DNA of 64,000 nucleotides, taken from the IMG/VR virus record IMGVR_UViG_3300013006_001433, positions 14,159-78,158 of that record. One strand, written 5' to 3'. Made by a program: the position numbers and the translations under genes. The notes under the pieces were generated by a model. That model did no database searches. It worked only from the letters and a program-made list of their open reading frames with translations, and was not told the DNA's origin. Positions 39,031 to 48,581 of the stretch are shown here, in pieces; the first letter of the stretch is position 1; every line of letters begins with the position of its first letter. Source of the stretch: a virus.

Positions 39031-39723
39031 TTATGTTGTACGTTGATCTGAAGATGATGGAACATAATTATTATTATAAGAGGCAGATATAGTTTTTGAT
39101 CCAATTAATAATCTTCCGTATCCTATTGGAATTGGTCCACCCTCTCCAGCTGTATTAGATGGTCCATCAAAAAGATAAGATTTTCCACCACCACCTTTTG
39201 GGCTGGCTACGTCTGGTGCAGAAAATTCTGGAGCAAGATAAGGAGGCGGAGAAGATAATAAAGAAGCAAATCCTGCTGCTGCAAGACCAATACCTCCTAT
39301 AATTAAACCTATTCCCAGAGGAGCAGCGGCACCAGTAGCAATTAAAACGACTCCTACAACTATCAGAGCAATACCAAATATTGCTCCGAAAAGACCTCCA
39401 CCACCTCCAGCGCCTTCAATTATGGGTATTATATCTATGCTTTTTAATTCATCATCTTCAAATTTAGTCATTAAATTTGAATTAAAGACCCTATCAAAAT
39501 CGTCTCTAATTTCTTCTTCATTCTTAAAACATTTAAAATCTCTTTTATTAACTAGAACTCTATATTTTATATTTTCTTTATCTAATTCTTTTAAATTTTT
39601 ATAAAAAATTTGAGTATTTGCTTCAATAGCTCTTATTGCTTCTGAAACACTATTAACACTAAGTGACCAATTATTTTTTTTAATTTTTTCTCCAATTATA
39701 CCATGTAGTTGTATGTTTACCAT
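39031..39723 (-). CDS. tail assembly protein I (lambda gpI-like, ubiquitin-like N-domain)
   Basis: IQLHG, SEAIRAI, IIPIIEGAGGGG, Gly-rich hydrophobic segment, SYLFDG..NT..EG.PIPIGYGR..IGS. Confidence 0.88.
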   Translation of the reverse strand: MVNIQLHGIIGEKIKKNNWSLSVNSVSEAIRAIEANTQIFYKNLKELDKENIKYRVLVNKRDFKCFKNEEEIRDDFDRVFNSNLMTKFEDDELKSIDIIPIIEGAGGGGGLFGAIFGIALIVVGVVLIATGAAAPLGIGLIIGGIGLAAAGFASLLSSPPPYLAPEFSAPDVASPKGGGGKSYLFDGPSNTAGEGGPIPIGYGRLLIGSKTISASYNNNYVPSSSDQRTT

Positions 39724-39740
39724 ATAATATATTCCATTTA

Positions 39741-40856
39741 TTATACTGATTTTACTGTAGATGGGAATCCTCCAAATGGAATTCCATCTGCATGTGAACT
39801 GGTATATCTTTTTCTACATCCGCTTAATCTTTTTGTACATAGATCTTGATACCAGTAATTTTTATCTGTTGGTGGATAAATTGCACTGTTTAGACTATTT
39901 ATTTTTGCAACAAAATAATATTTGCACCCATTGATATTTATAAAACAAAATTGCCCTTTATTGTATACTCCAGGACTAGCAGAATTCCATTCTTGTGGAG
40001 ATCCAGGAGTAATAGCTACTCCTAATAATGTACTAATTATTTCATCTTTATCCGTAGCAACTGGGTATCCATTAGCTGGATTTTGAGAATTATAAACGTT
40101 ATTTCCGTATTCACAACCACTTCCTCTATATTCAAAACTACAAGATTCAGAATATATAGTTCTTAATGGTAATTTAATATTTTCTAAATCTAAAGCTGAA
40201 CTCATTTCGTATTCAATAAGATTTTTAGATTCTCTTAATTTTCTGTCTATATAAAAAATATCTGAAGGTAATTCCGCTAAAGAATCTGGATCAATCGCAA
40301 GATTATCATCATTTATAATTCCTCCATTGCTTTTAAAATTAATTGCGTCTAAATATCTCAAAAATGTTCTTCGCCTCGTTACTTTTAAACCGATAATATC
40401 TCCCACAGATTTAATTGCATTTTTTATTGTTCTAAAGAAATAGTCATATTGACTAATATTATTTTGATTTGAAAAAGTTATTTTAGGTTTTGGTAAAGTT
40501 CCTTTAGTTGCGGTTTCGTATCCTTCTACCATAATTGGGAATGGCAAGTATCTTTTTCCTTTCCAAATTAGTTGACCAACTAATTGACCATTTAATAAAC
40601 TTGAACTATAAGATTCTAAATTAATATCTAAATTATGAAATCTCAATATCCCATTGTCATCTAAATTTACTAAACCTAAATATGGATTTGGTATAGAAGC
40701 AGCGTAACTTAAATTATATAAATTTAAATCATTTTTTGCTTGAGCGATTTCTCTTAGATCCAATTCATAAAAATTAATTAAATTTGTAGGATTTAATTTT
40801 GATCTTTCTGTAAAGATTTTTTTAGTTCCAGCTTGTTGGTTTACATTTATACTCAT
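39741..40856 (-). CDS. minor tail protein L (lambda gpL-like)
   Basis: W.G..Y.P.P...EG, P.P.ITFSN, C...YR.SGC.Y, DLC.K.LSGC..R, FGGFP (four Cys of the gpL Fe-S site). Confidence 0.9.
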   Translation of the reverse strand: MSINVNQQAGTKKIFTERSKLNPTNLINFYELDLREIAQAKNDLNLYNLSYAASIPNPYLGLVNLDDNGILRFHNLDINLESYSSSLLNGQLVGQLIWKGKRYLPFPIMVEGYETATKGTLPKPKITFSNQNNISQYDYFFRTIKNAIKSVGDIIGLKVTRRRTFLRYLDAINFKSNGGIINDDNLAIDPDSLAELPSDIFYIDRKLRESKNLIEYEMSSALDLENIKLPLRTIYSESCSFEYRGSGCEYGNNVYNSQNPANGYPVATDKDEIISTLLGVAITPGSPQEWNSASPGVYNKGQFCFININGCKYYFVAKINSLNSAIYPPTDKNYWYQDLCTKRLSGCRKRYTSSHADGIPFGGFPSTVKSV

Positions 40857-40857
40857 A

Positions 40858-41427
40858 TTATATATTTGAAGTCTCTACAAAAGTAACAGATATATTATAA
40901 TTATTAAAAAATACATATCTTATAGACCAATCTTCACAAATAAATCTTTTTGGAAAATTTTGCGAAGTACTGTCAAAATTATATGGAAATGGTGCATCAA
41001 AGAAAAAATGTTGAGCCCCTCTTCTTTTACTTACAAAATGAGTTATTGCTCTTGTTTCTTGTTTATCTCTACCTTCAAATGTTAAGTTTAATTTTAGTAA
41101 AGTATTATTAATACCGTCTTCGGTTCTTTGTTCATAACCATCACCAAATTTTACAAGATTCATTGCTGGTTTAGATTGAATTTCTGAAGCATAATTTGAT
41201 ACCCAAATGAATTCTGGAGCTGAAACTCCAGCAGCAAAAGCGCTACTATAAGACCTATATCCTCCCCAATATGAATTAGCGGCCGAAGTAGGGGTATTAC
41301 CAATATTATTATTAACTAGACTATAATAATATTGTCCATTTGATGATGGGTGATATACAATATCATTCTTACTGTAAGTAGTAGAATTACCATAAACGCT
41401 TACGTCATATATCGAAGATTCTGCCAT
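40858..41427 (-). CDS. minor tail protein M (lambda gpM-like) with N-terminal extension
   Basis: VKFGDGYEQR..DGIN signature. Located upstream of gpL. Confidence 0.88.
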   Translation of the reverse strand: MAESSIYDVSVYGNSTTYSKNDIVYHPSSNGQYYYSLVNNNIGNTPTSAANSYWGGYRSYSSAFAAGVSAPEFIWVSNYASEIQSKPAMNLVKFGDGYEQRTEDGINNTLLKLNLTFEGRDKQETRAITHFVSKRRGAQHFFFDAPFPYNFDSTSQNFPKRFICEDWSIRYVFFNNYNISVTFVETSNI

Positions 41428-41449
41428 TTCCTTATACCTTTCCTATTGA

Positions 41450-41471
41450 TTACACTTATTAATAGTGTAAT
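41450..41471. promoter_or_regulatory. back-to-back GTGTAAT motifs (divergent late promoters)
   Basis: TTACAC (41450-41455), TTATTAATA, GTGTAA (41465-41470) between divergent genes. Confidence 0.65.
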
Positions 41472-41479
41472 TATAGCTA

Positions 41480-42532
41480 ATGTTAGCTAGAATTTCCAAA
41501 CAAAATCAACATTTATATATCAATAATACTGGCATTGTTGGAATCCAGAATTTTAATGCAAATTACGCCAGCCCAATAGAAATAGTTAAATCTCTTGGCA
41601 TGGAGTCAGTAACATATCATAATAATAGTAATGTAACAGCCGAAATTACTATAAATAAACTACTTATAGACAATGATCCATTTATTAATTTTATTGATTA
41701 TGATAATACGTTTTCTGGTCATGTTGATTATAAAAGTAGATATTTTGCATTTAATTCTGGTGTTTTAACTAATTATAGACTTGGATGTTCGATTGGGGAA
41801 ATTCCCCAATTAAGCGTCACAATTAATACATTGGGAGAATTTGGTAGTGGAGTCGCTAAACCAAACACGACATCTCTTCAACAACCAGAAATTGATATAA
41901 CAGACTATTCGAATATAGAGATTGATTTGGATGATTTTCAATTTAATAGACTTCAATCTTTTAATTTAAATATAACTTCAAATAAAAATATTATATATGC
42001 GATAGGCAATTCATATCCAGTTGATATTAAAATCATCCCTCCAATTATCGTTGAATTGGAATTTGGAATCAAACCAGACGATTATAATTTGAAAAACATA
42101 AGAGATTTATTATGTAAATATAAAGTAGACTCTTTTAGTATTAGATTTAATAAATTCAAAGATCCTTCTCAAGAATTATTTAGATTCACATTTAATGAAG
42201 CTTTATTCATGGGAGAAACTTTTGGTGGATCTGCGGATAGTTCTTCGGATGTTATTATAAGGTATCATGCATTTTTATATGATCAGAGAAATATAACTTT
42301 ATCTACTCCGTTAAATATTGGTGATACTGATGATCTTAATCCATCTCCAGAGTCAGAAATAACTACCTCTTCAGCTTTAGCAATTGGTGATACGAATGAC
42401 CTCAATCCATCCCCAGAGTCAGAAATAACAACTTCTTCAAATTTACCAATTGGAGATGCTAATCTTTATGTACCTTTGCCAGAAGATTCAATCACAACAT
42501 CTAATATAATTCCTTCTGACGCAAAAGATTAA
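41480..42532 (+). CDS. tail-tube-like paralog (inverted orientation) with acidic C-terminal repeats
   Basis: GVLTNYRLGCSIGEIPQLSV and LQSFNLNI...IYAIG..YP align by eye with the major tail protein at 58716-59822. Confidence 0.6.
   Translation: MLARISKQNQHLYINNTGIVGIQNFNANYASPIEIVKSLGMESVTYHNNSNVTAEITINKLLIDNDPFINFIDYDNTFSGHVDYKSRYFAFNSGVLTNYRLGCSIGEIPQLSVTINTLGEFGSGVAKPNTTSLQQPEIDITDYSNIEIDLDDFQFNRLQSFNLNITSNKNIIYAIGNSYPVDIKIIPPIIVELEFGIKPDDYNLKNIRDLLCKYKVDSFSIRFNKFKDPSQELFRFTFNEALFMGETFGGSADSSSDVIIRYHAFLYDQRNITLSTPLNIGDTDDLNPSPESEITTSSALAIGDTNDLNPSPESEITTSSNLPIGDANLYVPLPEDSITTSNIIPSDAKD
42293..42505 (+). repeat. about 3 x 66-bp (22-aa) tandem repeat
   Basis: ITLSTPLNIGDTDDLNPSPESE / ITTSSALAIGDTNDLNPSPESE / ITTSSNLPIGDANLYVPLPEDS / ITTSN. 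Confidence 0.9.
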
Positions 42533-43365
42533 TTTTTTATTAATTTATTTAATTTATTTTCTAATTCACCAAATTTTAAATCTATACTAGTTAATAAATT
42601 TTTATAAAATTTATTTAAAAATGGATCAAATTCTAAATCTAAATAATAAACTTTAAGATTTGGCAAATAGTTAGTAATTATTAAAATCTCTTTATCTTTT
42701 TTAAATCTAGACTCAAGATCCTGCTCAACTGTTAGAATAATTTTTTGAGTGAAAATATTTCCATCTAAAATATGATCTTGTAAATTATTATTGAATTCAA
42801 TAATTGAATAATTTTTAAAATTAAATATATTTTTGATTATGTTTGATTGCACTTTGATTTCTGAAATTTTAGAATAAATATGATCGATTAAGATTCTAGC
42901 TCCATGATTATTTATAAAATATGATCCCTTCTCTGGTGGTGAAGTATATTTTCCATTATTTATTATTGAAAATTTTATTTTAGAATCCTTGACCTCAACT
43001 ACCCTTAAAATAGTTTTCTCATTCCAGCAAAAAATACCTTTTTCTGGATAAAATTCTTGCCCATCAAATACTTCACCTTCAATATTTAATATTTCACTAT
43101 ATTCTTTGAATTCGTATTCGTTATATCTTAGATCAATTTGATCATTTATTGATAAATCATTAGAAGGTTCAAATATATATATCCTATTTTTTTCTTCTAA
43201 TTTTTTAAAAGGTTTTTCTATAAAATATCTTTCAACTTCTTTTATATTAAAAATAGAGTGATCATCTTTGAATATAACAGATGAGTTTTTTGATATAGTA
43301 CTATTAGATAAATTAGCGTTAACTAATATTTTATTATTATAAATAGAAGCGATTAAGTTATCCAT
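42529..43365 (-). CDS. hypothetical protein in tail module
   Basis: 278-aa very AT-rich ORF co-oriented with the tail genes. C-terminal coiled coil. Confidence 0.6.
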   Translation of the reverse strand: MDNLIASIYNNKILVNANLSNSTISKNSSVIFKDDHSIFNIKEVERYFIEKPFKKLEEKNRIYIFEPSNDLSINDQIDLRYNEYEFKEYSEILNIEGEVFDGQEFYPEKGIFCWNEKTILRVVEVKDSKIKFSIINNGKYTSPPEKGSYFINNHGARILIDHIYSKISEIKVQSNIIKNIFNFKNYSIIEFNNNLQDHILDGNIFTQKIILTVEQDLESRFKKDKEILIITNYLPNLKVYYLDLEFDPFLNKFYKNLLTSIDLKFGELENKLNKLIKN

Positions 43366-43372
43366 TTAACTA

Positions 43373-44215
43373 TTATATATAATATTTTAGTGATATTCTA
43401 GTATTTATAACGTTATCAGATTTTAAATCAAAATCTTTATTTACTAAATAACCACTATTTAAGCTTATATTGCTTGATAAATTTGTATTATTTAAATTTT
43501 TAAGAGATATTAGTCCAGAATAATTAGTATTAGAATCCATCATAATATAATCAGAATAATTAAATAAAGTATTTAAATTTATCTCTTCTTTATTATACAA
43601 TACCCTATAAGGGTATGATTCGTTCATTCTATAAACAGCATTAATATCTGCTTTATAATCAAAATTGAAATTCAATACTTCGCCAGATAAAGTATCTAAT
43701 ATTAGGTTATTATTTTCCCATAATTTAAATGAAAAATCTTCTGCGGCACTAGTATTTCTTCCAGTAATGCCATACTGATCTAATTGCCAAGATGGATTAT
43801 TATTTTGTAAATTAGTTATTAAATTTGGATTAAATCCAGATCCAGTACTATAAAATACAAATTCTAAATTATTTCTAACTATACTATTTGGCACAACCTC
43901 AAAAGAATACGATCTTAAATATCCACTTTCAAATACGCCACTTCCAAAGCATAACGTGTAAAAATATTTTTGTCCACTTGGAGAGACTATATTATTTAAA
44001 AATATATTTTCTTTTGGTATTTCCGCTAAATAACTTAAAGCTATTGTGGTGGTTAGACCTTGAGATGCAATACTTCTGAATGGTCTTTTGTCTCCAATTT
44101 TAAATGAAAAATCTAAATTTGGATTTATTGTTAATTTTATATTTTGGGCATTGAATTGATAGCCCGAATTATTTCCAGTTACAACAATTGGTAAATCTTT
44201 AAATGAATAAAACAT
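43373..44215 (-). CDS. tail-tube-like paralog
   Basis: GYLRSYSFEVVPNSIV and VLNFNFDY...VY.MN..YP. Paralogous to 44216-45028. Confidence 0.55.
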   Translation of the reverse strand: MFYSFKDLPIVVTGNNSGYQFNAQNIKLTINPNLDFSFKIGDKRPFRSIASQGLTTTIALSYLAEIPKENIFLNNIVSPSGQKYFYTLCFGSGVFESGYLRSYSFEVVPNSIVRNNLEFVFYSTGSGFNPNLITNLQNNNPSWQLDQYGITGRNTSAAEDFSFKLWENNNLILDTLSGEVLNFNFDYKADINAVYRMNESYPYRVLYNKEEINLNTLFNYSDYIMMDSNTNYSGLISLKNLNNTNLSSNISLNSGYLVNKDFDLKSDNVINTRISLKYYI

Positions 44216-45028
44216 TTAATAAAATTTAGTAAATCTTCTTCTAGTTGTTGTTACTCCATCTACAGCGCTACTTCCTTCTATAGCAACATTTTGTGCGCCA
44301 CTAATTTCTACAGAGTAGGTTGTTCCTGGACAACAAATAGCTTCTAATGAGAAATTAACATTTCTAGATTCTCCAGTATATAATATTCTTCTATACAAAG
44401 ATTCATTCATTTCAAATTCTTCTGATGCACCATTGAATTTCACAGTCTTGGGCCTTCTGTAATTCAATACTTTAATTGGTAAATAAGATGGTTTAAAATT
44501 ATAACTTATACCAAAAATATCGTCATATGATTCAATTTGATTTTGGTAATTATTTGGAGTCAAACTCATACTTGTTCTTGATCCGTGCAGAAAATTTGCA
44601 TTTAAATTTTGTCCATCAATGTAAGAACCAACTTGACCACTAGGAGGATTAAAAGTAAAAAATGAAGCTTGTGCGCTTACGATTGTGTTCGGAGCCACAC
44701 TAAAAGAAAAGCCATCTAGAAAGCAACCTGTATATCTTAACCCTCCAACATCAACATCACAGTTTGGAGCAACGTCTGTTAAATTACTTTTCATATTAGT
44801 AATTAACGCCTTAATTGGATCATCATTTTGAATATTATATTGAAGCGAAACGTTATGAATGACAACATCATTTGTTACTTGGTTATAATAAGCTTGTCTT
44901 TTTCCTATACTTTTTACAGGTGTTACGCTAGATGTACTAGAAAAAGTCACATTTGTTGCTGCTAGAGACCCCGTAACATTATTAAAAATGAACCTAAGTG
45001 GGGTGTATTTAAAAGAATATATGTTCAT
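44216..45028 (-). CDS. tail-tube-like paralog
   Basis: CFLDGFSFSVAPNTIV and IFGISYNF...PI..LN...P. Preceded by GTGTAAT (45037-45043). Confidence 0.55.
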   Translation of the reverse strand: MNIYSFKYTPLRFIFNNVTGSLAATNVTFSSTSSVTPVKSIGKRQAYYNQVTNDVVIHNVSLQYNIQNDDPIKALITNMKSNLTDVAPNCDVDVGGLRYTGCFLDGFSFSVAPNTIVSAQASFFTFNPPSGQVGSYIDGQNLNANFLHGSRTSMSLTPNNYQNQIESYDDIFGISYNFKPSYLPIKVLNYRRPKTVKFNGASEEFEMNESLYRRILYTGESRNVNFSLEAICCPGTTYSVEISGAQNVAIEGSSAVDGVTTTRRRFTKFY

Positions 45029-45045
45029 ATGACTATATTACACCA

Positions 45046-48000
45046 TTAAAATGGATTTACTCCAGAATTGGCCACCCCAAAGGTCCATTTATTCTGGTCA
45101 GCTCGAATATTAGTTGAATCTGTGGTAATTTGTATTCTAACACCAGTAACATTATTTGCTAGGGATAAATCTTGAGTTAAAATACTAGTTGTTGATAAAG
45201 TATCTATTAGACTTGAAGTTCCACCTCCTCTGACCAAAGCTGTCATAACTAATCTATCTGGTTCTGTACTATTAGGTTTAAATTTGACTCTAATTTTTCT
45301 TGTATAAGTTACTGGCACAATCCAATCAGTTGTCCAAGGCGCACTTCCACCAGCAGTAATATTGTCTGTAGAAGTCGTATACTCTACATAAAGATTAGTT
45401 AATAAATCATTTGGTCTTGCTATTACACTATAACTCCAAAATCCACAAGTAGCTTCGTATGAAGCAATTTCTGCTTTTATAGTATCATAAGACTCAGTTT
45501 TATAAAAACAGTAAATTCCAACTCCAGGAGCTTGTATTACTGAATTATCAAAAGCATCATTGGTTATTTCTCCACAAATAGTTGTATCATAAATTATAGC
45601 ATTGGTGTCTGCTCGTCTAAAGATAATTCTATTTGGTACAGAAAATGTTCGAAAATTTATTAAAATCCATCCAGGATCAGATCCAACATAAGTTGTTCTG
45701 TAAGGATATTGAGTAGATGGATAAAGCCCTTCTACTTCTGGAAGCCAGGTATCAGATGCCGCAAAATTAGCCCTATTCCTTCCGTAAATTGGACAGGGAT
45801 TAAATTCTCTATATACTCCTATATCTTGAGTAAGATTAAAATCTGCTAAATCTTTTGCCCCTGTTAATGTGCTTCCATATCCATATCCATATCCAGTATA
45901 TGGATTATATTGATAATTACAATTACAATCTTCTTTATAAGCGTTATGAACATATTTTGAATCAGTTAATTCAAAACTTGATAATTTTCCAGCTACATTA
46001 ATAACGCCATCGATATCAGTATTAAATACATAAAATCTTATAGGAGTATTTTTAGGTACAATTCCATCCCATGGAGTATTTTTAAAATTGATAAAAGAAT
46101 TGTAGTTACTATATATGTCGTAAAATGTCATATCCATTCTTGGGTTTATTTCTTTTAAAGAGCTGCTACTATTTAATATAAATTGCCCAGAAGATAAAGT
46201 TCCACTTGTTCTTGGTAATGGCACTATATTCCAATAAAAATCTCCGTGTTCTCTTCCTTGTCCAACTTTTTGTAAACTATAATCATCATAAGCAATTGGC
46301 CCTACTGTCACTCCTGCATTAATAGGAGGATATACATCATGCATTCTTTGAGATATTGGATTACCTTGTGTATCAGCTAATACTTGAGAAACCGTTCCAA
46401 CTGCTGGTCCATTTGTTGCTAAAATTCCAACTCCATTTGGACCATTCATTAGGGAGACTGCTGTCCCAGTATAAGCTATAAATTCTATTGGAACAGAAGT
46501 AGCCCAAGTTGATCCTGTTGAAACGCAAATACCCAAAGATTCGGAATTTATGAAAGTTGCAGCTCCAGTTGTAATACCACTAGAATATATTTTATATCCA
46601 TTTGCTAATGTAGTTCCAGAAAATCTATTTAATGTTGCAAATTGTGCTCCACCCCATGGATTGTTAAAGCTGGTCCACACAGTTCCATTCTGACGATAGG
46701 CTGTTATATATGTAAGGGCTGGAGAAGTAGTGAAATCTGGAGTTGCAAGAAATTCTATGTATTCATTATCTGTACCAAAATCATCATAAGATATTTCGTT
46801 TAGCCATATAGATTTTGTTTTTGGAGAAGTGGCTGTTCCAAAATATCCACTAAATGCATTTATGTTTCCTGGAGAACTTATTGCTGTTTTATATACAGGA
46901 TCCATTCTTAAAGAAGTATAAAGTGTAAGTCGTGGTCCGATTCCACTATACGCTACAGTATAAGGCGAGTACCATATTACAGTTTGATTAGCTTCCGTGC
47001 CGCTTGTTATTACAAAAATTTGATTTGGATTATTTACCGAAATTCCTTGTGGAGCAATTAATCTATAATCAAATGGTGCAGGACCAAAATAAAAACTTTC
47101 TATAGCAAAATTTGAATCTGTTTTATTAAGTTCAGAAAAATTTACATCAATTCCGCAATATGCACAGTAGTCTATTTTCATTGAATCGTAATTATATATA
47201 TAATTTGGAATATATTGTTGTTCTTTTCCCCAAAGTTGTTCGTATCCGTATTTTCGTTCGTAACCATATTTTTGTTCGTATCCATATTTTTGTTCGTAAC
47301 CATATTTTTGTTCGTAACCATATTTTTGTTCGTAACCATATTTTTGTTCGTAACCATATTTTTGTTCGTAACCATATATTCTTTCTGGCAAACTATCTTC
47401 TAAACATTTTTTATAAATTCCACTGGCATTTGCGTTATTCAATAAATTAACTTTTAAAGATTGTATTCCTAACGCATCTTCACTATATCTATAAACTGCG
47501 CTTCCAGTTACATAACAATCTTCCAAATAAAAATCATATAAAAATCTACCATTTTGTCCTGTCCAAAATTCTCCAGTTACAAGATAATAACATGAATCAC
47601 AAGAGTCTTGGGATATATTACTAAGCGCTTGTGCATATGTACTAACAAAACTATCTCCGCTAGCATACCCACTTCTTAAAGTAGAAGTAATAGAATTTGA
47701 AGGGCAAAGTCCACTGAAAGTCACAGTATAGTCACAATTTGCGCAAGAAATGGCATTCTGTGCTGCAGTTTGTAATTCTAAAGATTCAGCTTCTGCATCA
47801 CAAACAGCTTTCACTTGATCTACAAAACTATCTCCTGAACCCGTAACAAATCCAGTAAAATAACAATTTGTATCATATTTAGAATTAGGAGTATACAATA
47901 ATTTAGTATTCGCTCTTCCAGTTAAAAGATCAATAGGTAATACTCCATAATTAGATATAGTTAAATTAATTCCATTAGATATGTCTACTCCTTGATTTGA

Positions 48001-48579
48001 AGTGGGATTTCCTCCGCTTATTTTAAAAAAATAAGTTGTGTTACCGCTAAGTTCAAAAGATTTTTTTGTATTTGAATTTATTGTTGTATCTATAATATTA
48101 GTATTGATAGTTAATCCTAATGTTAATTTAAGTTCATTATTAATACTATTTGCGCCAGTATAAGCAATTGTTAATGGTATTTTATTATTAATACATGAAG
48201 AAAAAATAGGTGATAAAGTATCTAATTTTCCAGTAATGAAAATTCCAGTTCTTCCTCCAGAACTAGGAGCAGATATTTCAAAAAAGTTTTTTCCTGTGTA
48301 AAATGTATGATTTAAAAAATTATTAGGAGATGTAGTGGCATTTGAATAGGTAAAAAAATTATGACTACCATATTTTAAATTATTATGAACTACTAAAGAG
48401 TTTGAATAACTTCCGAATAAATTATATGTTCCAGTTAAATTTGTTGGTACAGATTTTCCACTTATTAAATAACCAGTCAATATTGGAAAATTATTATAAA
48501 CATCTTCTGCGCAATCATATCCATATGTTTTAATTGCTTCTCCAGTATGAAAATTTATTGGCATTGATACTAAGCTCAT
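45046..48579 (-). CDS. large virion-associated protein (S/T/G/N-rich, Cys-rich patches, YGYEQK repeat, lamin-tail-like domain)
   Basis: Directly downstream of the tape measure. WLNEISYD..GTD.EYIE resembles a lamin-tail domain. C-terminal beta-sandwich-like repeats. Confidence 0.6.
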   Translation of the reverse strand: MSLVSMPINFHTGEAIKTYGYDCAEDVYNNFPILTGYLISGKSVPTNLTGTYNLFGSYSNSLVVHNNLKYGSHNFFTYSNATTSPNNFLNHTFYTGKNFFEISAPSSGGRTGIFITGKLDTLSPIFSSCINNKIPLTIAYTGANSINNELKLTLGLTINTNIIDTTINSNTKKSFELSGNTTYFFKISGGNPTSNQGVDISNGINLTISNYGVLPIDLLTGRANTKLLYTPNSKYDTNCYFTGFVTGSGDSFVDQVKAVCDAEAESLELQTAAQNAISCANCDYTVTFSGLCPSNSITSTLRSGYASGDSFVSTYAQALSNISQDSCDSCYYLVTGEFWTGQNGRFLYDFYLEDCYVTGSAVYRYSEDALGIQSLKVNLLNNANASGIYKKCLEDSLPERIYGYEQKYGYEQKYGYEQKYGYEQKYGYEQKYGYEQKYGYERKYGYEQLWGKEQQYIPNYIYNYDSMKIDYCAYCGIDVNFSELNKTDSNFAIESFYFGPAPFDYRLIAPQGISVNNPNQIFVITSGTEANQTVIWYSPYTVAYSGIGPRLTLYTSLRMDPVYKTAISSPGNINAFSGYFGTATSPKTKSIWLNEISYDDFGTDNEYIEFLATPDFTTSPALTYITAYRQNGTVWTSFNNPWGGAQFATLNRFSGTTLANGYKIYSSGITTGAATFINSESLGICVSTGSTWATSVPIEFIAYTGTAVSLMNGPNGVGILATNGPAVGTVSQVLADTQGNPISQRMHDVYPPINAGVTVGPIAYDDYSLQKVGQGREHGDFYWNIVPLPRTSGTLSSGQFILNSSSSLKEINPRMDMTFYDIYSNYNSFINFKNTPWDGIVPKNTPIRFYVFNTDIDGVINVAGKLSSFELTDSKYVHNAYKEDCNCNYQYNPYTGYGYGYGSTLTGAKDLADFNLTQDIGVYREFNPCPIYGRNRANFAASDTWLPEVEGLYPSTQYPYRTTYVGSDPGWILINFRTFSVPNRIIFRRADTNAIIYDTTICGEITNDAFDNSVIQAPGVGIYCFYKTESYDTIKAEIASYEATCGFWSYSVIARPNDLLTNLYVEYTTSTDNITAGGSAPWTTDWIVPVTYTRKIRVKFKPNSTEPDRLVMTALVRGGGTSSLIDTLSTTSILTQDLSLANNVTGVRIQITTDSTNIRADQNKWTFGVANSGVNPF
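47233..47376 (-). repeat. 8 x 18-bp coding tandem repeat (YGYEQK)
   Basis: Unit TATGGTTACGAACAAAAA: six YGYEQK, then YGYERK and YGYEQL. Confidence 0.97.
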
Positions 48580-48581
48580 AA

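Noticed and set aside
47233-47376. CRISPR array or DGR repeat
   Set aside because: Units are contiguous 18-mers with no spacers, in frame within a CDS. No cas or reverse transcriptase gene in the window.
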